From Octopus bimaculoides (lineage: Eukaryota): DNA of 40,804 bases. Under the pieces are notes generated by a model. The model was not told where the DNA came from, searched no databases, and saw nothing but the letters and a program-made list of their open reading frames with translations. Below are positions 33,594-40,804 of this stretch, in pieces. The position numbers and the translations under genes are program-made. Location: NCBI RefSeq assembly GCF_001194135.2, contig NC_068984.1, forward strand, positions 50,039,020 through 50,079,823, in the 5' to 3' direction. Position 1 is the first letter of the stretch. The number at the start of each line of letters is the position of its first letter.

Positions 33594-35282
33594 ATTTTAT
33601 ATTCTTATTAATATTTACTTTCTAACTATTTATGACGTTTTGTTGCTGTTATTTGTGTAGCAGTGGTAGGTACAAATAAGAAACTTGGTAGCAGATTATC
33701 TGTGCAACAATTTCGAAACGAATTTTGAAAACAAATGGCATGAATATAAAAATAAAAGACCAAACAAAAAACGATGATTACAATTAATGCAACTGACATA
33801 GTCACAAACATATACGAGAACAGTTTGAAAATCTGACAACTAAACCACTCAATTTTGTATGAAGAGGTATGTCAAAAACGACTGTGCATTACCTTCAAGA
33901 AAGATTTACGAGGAAAGTGATATATGGAGTTATATGGAATATCTTGATGAAGTATTTTGTAGGTCGTATATATAAAAGAGTATACATATAGACCAGTGGA
34001 TAAAGATAGTATAGGTTGTCCACAATTAGACTCGTCGACTACACAGACCACAAATTTGTGATCTGTACTGACGACCTAATTAGGCTTCGTTGGCAGGGAC
34101 TCAGGACTTGTTCAGCGTAAGCTGAACAAGTCATTTCTGGAGTGCTTAGATTAGAGACTAGTGAATTAAATAAGCGTACGTTGTCGGAAGCAAAAATCAA
34201 AAATGAATAGTCTTCAAGTGTCTTTCCCCAAGCGCTAGGCTTATACTTAGAGCGGTCTCATTAATTCTTGCCATTTTCGCTACAGTCACACCCCCATCAA
34301 TAAGCTCACATGAAATAGCTCTTTTCTTTCCAACCGTCCCTTACATTTGAAGTGAAACTTGAAAAAGTCGGTGGGACTCTATTATAAAGATGTTTGTCCT
34401 CAGACCCTTCAATCTCATCCATCATGCCACCTCTTTCTTTATAGCCACTAGACAGAAGAAAACTGTTTTCCTTGCAAATTTATTAAAGGAGGACGACCGG
34501 GTGATCATTACGATCGACGCAGCTGACAGTCAGATTCGTTCTACATGTGACAGTAGTTGTTTAACATATCACAAGGCAGCATTGCCCTGACTGTTAAACG
34601 AACGCTTGCTAAACAGTTTCTTTACCCTATGCTCATCTCGTTACTCCATGCTCATTTGACAACACTCCAATTTCTGTAGAGTTTATCTCAAATCAGTCGA
34701 GCCTTTTGAGAATAATGCTAGATCAAAGACTTTGGAAGTTATTCATAGTAGTCGCCAACTTGAAAGTTCACCGAAACTAACCAGCTAGTGCCTTTTTATC
34801 AACATCCAGAGCTTTTCCGATGATATCGCCGCTCTTAACCTTCATTAAGCATTTATAAAGCGCTAGTGTGGAGCAATCACTGAAATCATTAAAATGTTAC
34901 CAGGTCCCTTTCATACTAACAACAAAACATTATACATAGCGGTTAAGGATGGATGATAACAAGAAGTTATATAGAACGTGTGGAGGTTAGAGACGTTACG
35001 CAATATATAAAATATTAAAATATTTAAATCGCATGAAATAAATCAATACTATAAGCACACATAATAATTTTTAAAATAGAGATACAGTTTAAGACTATGC
35101 TACTCACACTTCAAGAACACAAAGGTGCACTTTGTAATGCGCTAAAGGACAATACATTCGCTACCAATAAATTTGATTGTATTGACTTAGCACAAAACGG
35201 TAAATTGGGAAAATTTCAAGGAAGTTGACGCGTTACGAAAACGGTAAGATATTTACATCGATTGATAGGAAAAATCATGATA

Positions 35283-35950
35283 ATTTCTAACTTTGGCACC
35301 AGGGCACACATTTCTATGGAGGGGTGAAGTACACTAAATCGCCCCCACTACTAGGATTTGAAAGTATGAAAGTCAAAGATGACTTTGATGTCCCAAATGA
35401 GTTAGTGGAGAAATTTATTTTTCTTGGTTACAAATATCAGTAGAGAAGAAAAGAGATAAGGCAGAAAAAGCAAAGAATCGCAAAAATGCAAGAACACACA
35501 AACCTAGTGGAACTATTAACCGATTAACCACATGTTCGTCTCTTGTACTTGTGTTATCTTTCAGGTCAGCACATCTGCGAAAAGGTTTCTGGCTGTCTGG
35601 CTTTATGGCGTCAAGTGACTTACATACATAGAGGTTATGCTATGCACGTGAGCGTCATATATTTACTATTTTATCAGTGTTTTAGAAAGATAAGTAGAAT
35701 AATAGACACGGTAAAACACCCCACTAAATGTTTTGGTCAATGTGTCAGTAATAGCAGAATGATGGATTGACTGAATCGCCAGAGCGTCGGAACAAACTTT
35801 GTTACAATAATTAGTTACGGCCCTTTCTGAATTAAAATACTGACGAGGCTACCTTGTGATCTCGTTTAAAGGAAGTAAAGTAAAATAAATACACTGAAGT
35901 TATTTTAACCAATTCAAATGTATGGACTTGTGCCCATGTTAGAAATCAAT
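35283..35950. mobile_element. Two very degenerate SINE family A relics (35283-35390 minus; 35760-35950 plus)
   Basis: Partial words tttggcac.aggg..ggaggggt and gactgaatcg..ggacttgtgcc..agaaatcaat. Confidence 0.45.
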
Positions 35951-36485
35951 AGTAATAATCAATAATGAAAAACTTCATTTCCTACCAATAAAATCAATTC
36001 TATTAACTGCTCTCCTCTGTCACAAATATTGACTTTTCGCTTGACAAAAATATTCTTAACGCTAATTACTATCCATGAACTGATTTCAGACCTCGTCAGA
36101 CTTGACTGTCAATTATCTTATTACTTGGCAAAAAATTAGTAGTGACATATTAAGAATGATTCAATCCACTACAACTATTTTCTAAGAAATATTTTGCTCA
36201 GAGCGAGTATCATAAGTTGATATTATTTATATGATATGAAATTTTGCCAAATTATAATCACAAATTTATTAATATTCCAAATGAGCGAAACTAATGTGAC
36301 TGATGCCCAACCTAAACATTAGAAGCAACGATGTATTTTGAATACTTGCAATGATAGACCAGGCAGTATGTGAGGTCCTAATTTGAAATGCATAGTATTT
36401 TTACTTTTCTGCTAACGAAAGAATATTGTTCGAATTAAAGAAATAACCGTAATAATTATTATTCCTATCATTATTACAAAATGTT

Positions 36486-36523
<38 letters not shown>

Positions 36524-37399
36524 TTAACATTATAGTCATTTATATAACTACAATATTCTTTTATATGCTTCAGTCCTAAGGCTGTGGCCATGCTGGGGCA
36601 CCGACGTATTCTTGTAAATTTTATACAACGTTTATTGGAGTGGAAGGCAGTGACCGAACAGAGTCAGTAAAGAATAGGTTAGAATGTCTTCCAGTATTTC
36701 AATAGGCTCCTTTGCTCCTTCATATTTTGAGTTTAGATCATTTGGTTTAGACTTTCAATTTTATTACAGTGTGATTAATAAAAGAAATTATCAATCAAGT
36801 TATGAGAAAACTAATAATCAAAGCATTCCCAGCAGTAAAGTAACCGTCTCGCCTTTGTAGTCGAAATCTGTGTCTTCATTATAAAAAATGTCTTCTTTTT
36901 AAAAGACAGTGATGCAGGATTTGAGGAAGATTCGGTTATTATTTCTCGCAAACTGAGCGACCACGTTGAATCTTTCTAGTAGACTTATTGTTGTTGTTGG
37001 TGGTGGTATTACTACTACTGCCGTTATCAATATATTCTTGTCAAATAGTATAATACAAAAATATTCTGAGTCAAAGACACGTATGAAAAGGCGTTACGGC
37101 CATACAGACTAGATGCATATGTCTAACACATGTATGAAACTGGGGCAAAAGGGATCTCTCAGGATGTCTGCACCGGATGTCAGCTTCCTCTGTGCGTCGC
37201 TTCATTCACTTACACTGTTTTCTTTGTAACTGGAGCTTGATGACATTATTTTATGATTTCTTCTTTCTTTTTTTTTATTACCTTTGACTCTAAAGAAAGT
37301 AATTTTTAAAAAAAAAGGAAAAAAAGAACAAACACGTTATAAAATAATAACCTATTACATCGACAAAACGTTTGAAAAAATCGTTTTCGATATTCAGAT

Positions 37400-37751
37400 N
37401 NNNNNNNNNNNNNNNNNNNNNNNNNNNNNNNNNNNNNNNNNNNNNNNNNNNNNNNNNNNNNNNNNNNNNNNNNNNNNNNNNNNNNNNNNNNNNNNNNNNN
37501 NNNNNNNNNNNNNNNNNNNNNNNNNNNNNNNNNNNNNNNNNNNNNNNNNNNNNNNNNNNNNNNNNNNNNNNNNNNNNNNNNNNNNNNNNNNNNNNNNNNN
37601 NNNNNNNNNNNNNNNNNNNNNNNNNNNNNNNNNNNNNNNNNNNNNNNNNNNNNNNNNNNNNNNNNNNNNNNNNNNNNNNNNNNNNNNNNNNNNNNNNNNN
37701 NNNNNNNNNNNNNNNNNNNNNNNNNNNNNNNNNNNNNNNNNNNNNNNNNNN
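37400..37751. other. Assembly gap preceding (GT)n
   Basis: N run. Confidence 0.99.
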
Positions 37752-37781
<30 letters not shown>

Positions 37782-37785
<4 letters not shown>

Positions 37786-38142
37786 AGGCACAGTGGTTAG
37801 GGCAGCGGACTCGCGGTCGTAGGATTGCGGTTTCGATTCCCAGACCGGGCGTTGTGAGTGTTTATTGAGTGAAAACACCTAAAGCTCCACGAGGCTCCGG
37901 CACTGGGGTGGCGAACGCTGTTGTACTCTTTCACCACAGCTTCACTCTTTCTTCCTGTTTCTGCTGTACCTGTATTTCAAAGGGCCAGCTTTGTCACATT
38001 CTGTGTCACACTGAATCTCCCCAAGAACTACGTAAAGTGGTACACGTGTCTGTGGAGTGCTGAGCTACTTGCACGGTAATTTCACAAGCTGGCTGTTCCG
38101 TTGATCGAATCAACTAGAACCCTTGTAACCGGCGGAGTGCCA
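37782..38142 (+). mobile_element. tRNA-derived SINE family C (~360 bp)
   Basis: A box CAGTGGTTAGG, B box GGTTTCGATTCC; colinear with the inverted copy at 39008-39382. Confidence 0.88.
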
Positions 38143-39007
38143 CGAATATATATATATATATGATTGATATAATCAATTACATTGAGAACAAATATCAATA
38201 ATTGCTTCTTGTTTGAGTGTCTCACAAATAAATTTTAAAATAATCTGTCATCCGGATTAAAAAAAAAGAATATATAAAACAGATCAAGCTTACGTTTGAG
38301 CAGCAAGAGAGTATGTGCTATACGGAAATACGTCACATAAAAGAATCATTTACTGATCGTATTATGTGGACGGTAGATATATATATATACTCTATCTGTT
38401 CAATTTCTCGAATCAATTCACATCATGCTAAGAATATGTCAAACATTAGCTTGTATAAAATACACCTATCGACATAATAATATGGCGAAGCTGCTATTTA
38501 CATCTAGCCAACCACTTGTCCAAAAGTGGTCTGTGTAAAAACATTAAGAGAGAAAAAAAAAACAAAAAAAAAACGTAAAGTGTAATGAAAGAGAAATCAT
38601 AGTGATCAAGAGAAAGAAGGATGATCATTTCTGAAATCAATACACGAAATTACAAATGGTATACATGAAAGATTCTTAGAATAGAATGAAGAAAGGAGGA
38701 AAAGAAAAATCTCAAAATTAAAAAAGAACTTTAGTCTGAAATTAACATTGATGTTAATAGAGAAAATAAAATGTGTTCTGTTGTTGCTGTTTAGTCCCAC
38801 ACCAGTTCGAATCGATCAGAATATTATCAAAGGCATTCCAGCCATAATCATCATGTTCTTCTCTGTGTAAGGCAACAAGACACACATTTATCTATTATGT
38901 CACTTTCTAACGACTATATATATACAGGGTGTGAATTATGGGAAGTTTGACTGCTTTTTGTAGCAAGTCCAGCAACCATTAGCTCGAAAAGTGTTTAGTA
39001 GTAATAG

Positions 39008-39382
39008 TTGTTGTTGGCACGCCATCGCTTACGACGACGAGGTTTCCAATTGATCCGATCAACGGAACAGCCTGCTCGTGAAATTAACGTGCAAGTGGCT
39101 AAGCACTCCACAGAAAGTGTACCCTTAACGTAGTTCTCGGGGATATTCAGCGTGACAAGGCTGACCCTTTGAATTACAGGCACAACAGAAACAGGAAGTA
39201 AGAGTGAGAGAAAGTTGTGGTGGAAGAGTACAGCAGGGTTCGCCACCATCTCCTGCCGGAGCCTCGTGGAGCTTTAGGTGTTTTCGCTCAATAAATACTC
39301 ACAAAGTCCAGTCTGAGAATCGAAACCGCGATCCTATGACCGCTAGTCCGCTGCCCTAACCACTGAGCCATTGCGCCTCCAC
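39008..39382 (-). mobile_element. tRNA-derived SINE family C with (CAA)n tail
   Basis: Reverse complement of 37782-38142 along its whole length. Confidence 0.88.
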
Positions 39383-40634
39383 AGTAGTAATAGAGGAGGG
39401 AATAAAAGCGGAGCAAAACGAAGTCCGTTCACAAACAAACAAAAATCATCCTCAAATCACACTCTATTCATCTTATTACTACAAAAGAACAAAAGAACAA
39501 GAGAATGGATAATATAATCGTAGGTACAGTATTCTTGTAAAAACGAATGGCGGCAATTGACCGCTCAATCAAGCCAGACCATGACGACAAAGCAAAACAA
39601 ACTACATTAAGTAGCCACGAAGAATGATATAATAACGCAGGAAATCATGGAGAAATGCAATCAGTATATAAATGTGGCACTTGTTGTTTTGCACCAGATA
39701 ACCCCTAGATAACCCCTATTAATTAAAGGCAATCTGGCCGTCACTCCTTGTCTTTTTTTTTTTTTGTTAGGGTTATCTAAATTAAGACTAAATTATCTAA
39801 ATCTGATTAAGCAAGATTTTGTTGCTATCTCTAGCAACAGATGGAACAAATGTGTAGAAATTCCTTTGTCTAAGTCTTTGTTGTTTCCGATGTCATTTCA
39901 GACTCAATGTTTGCCTTTAACAGCATTTAAGGAGGTATACCGTAAGTTAGCTGTCGAATTACAAAAAATGACGATAGAGATGAAAAGGACTCGATTTCTA
40001 GCACCAGTAAATGTGTCCCAATTCAGTCAGTCGATCTTGTAGAAATAACAGGCAAATCATACTCAAATTCTTATCTTAAAAAAAAAAGGACAAATTGGAT
40101 AACGTAGTTTTATATACTTTATAGCGAAAATAAAAGATGATGGGATGGCCTCCTATATAAGGCCTTTGAGCATCATAAAAAATCCAGAAGTCATAGTTAA
40201 AATATGATAATTGGTGTTTTAATTGTGTTTGCAATAATGTTATAATGTTTGCTATAATGTATCTGTAGGAATGTCTAAGCCGTGTTCGAATTGTTAGGTA
40301 TAATTAACAAATGTCTTTGAAAGGATAGCCTGCTGTTTAAATAAAAGGAATAACATATATAAGACTGTAAGAAGTAGGATGGTCGGGACTAAAACGAATT
40401 TGGTCATAGACTTTCCTGACCAGTGATGCGCAGGTGTTAAGCAAGGACAACAACCCTAATAGAAGGCTTTTTCTCTCGAAATCGTTAAAGTAATTCAAGG
40501 TAAGGGAAAGATTACTCTAAAGAAAAAGCCGCTAGCAAAAATCAATAACAATTCAAGTAAATGTAAATATGTGACAGTAACTACAAGTAAAACAGTAAAT
40601 ACTAGCTTTAATACGCTCTCTCGCAACTCACACT

Positions 40635-40715
40635 TGTGAACATGCACGCATTCAGACACACACACACGCACTCAGACATACACACGCAGAAACACACGCA
40701 CAAGCACACACACAT

Positions 40716-40756
<41 letters not shown>

Positions 40757-40804
40757 CACGCACTCACACACACACATACACTCATAAACACACACACACA
40801 CACA
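40635..40804. repeat. (CA)n microsatellite running off the window end
   Basis: Direct inspection. Confidence 0.95.

Noticed and set aside
34795-34850. FSDDIAALN as a reverse-transcriptase YxDD motif
   Set aside because: Isolated word with no flanking RT motifs in any frame.
36070-36110. Minus-strand CTGACGA-GGTCT-GAAA-TC hammerhead-like word
   Set aside because: Stem I cannot form and stem II would be a single G-U pair.
39764-40042. 92-aa ORF
   Set aside because: Non-ATG start, no recognisable motif or splice context.

Overview
AT-rich, repeat-dominated animal genomic DNA from a gapped draft assembly with five N-gaps. The SINE families and extreme microsatellite density suggest an octopus or other coleoid cephalopod (inference). 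No host protein-coding exon can be supported; nearly all listed ORFs are microsatellite or N-gap artefacts. Recognisable content: a Helentron-associated (HINE-like) element interrupted by a CR1/L2-group LINE scrap; two decayed mariner elements; an L1/Tx1-clade 5' fragment with a nearly intact ORF1 sitting inside a split CORE-type SINE; Tx1 and R4/Dong LINE 3' ends joined tail-to-tail; a Helitron 3' end; and many copies of three or four tRNA-derived SINE families. The most notable signal is a Penelope-like terminus at about 12.0-12.4 kb. It encodes a fully foldable minimal type I hammerhead ribozyme with a non-canonical CCGAUGA core, embedded in a 49/50-bp inverted repeat that could sequester it. 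Also notable are a duplicated tRNA-headed element followed by a decayed hammerhead-like motif and several unexplained hairpins.
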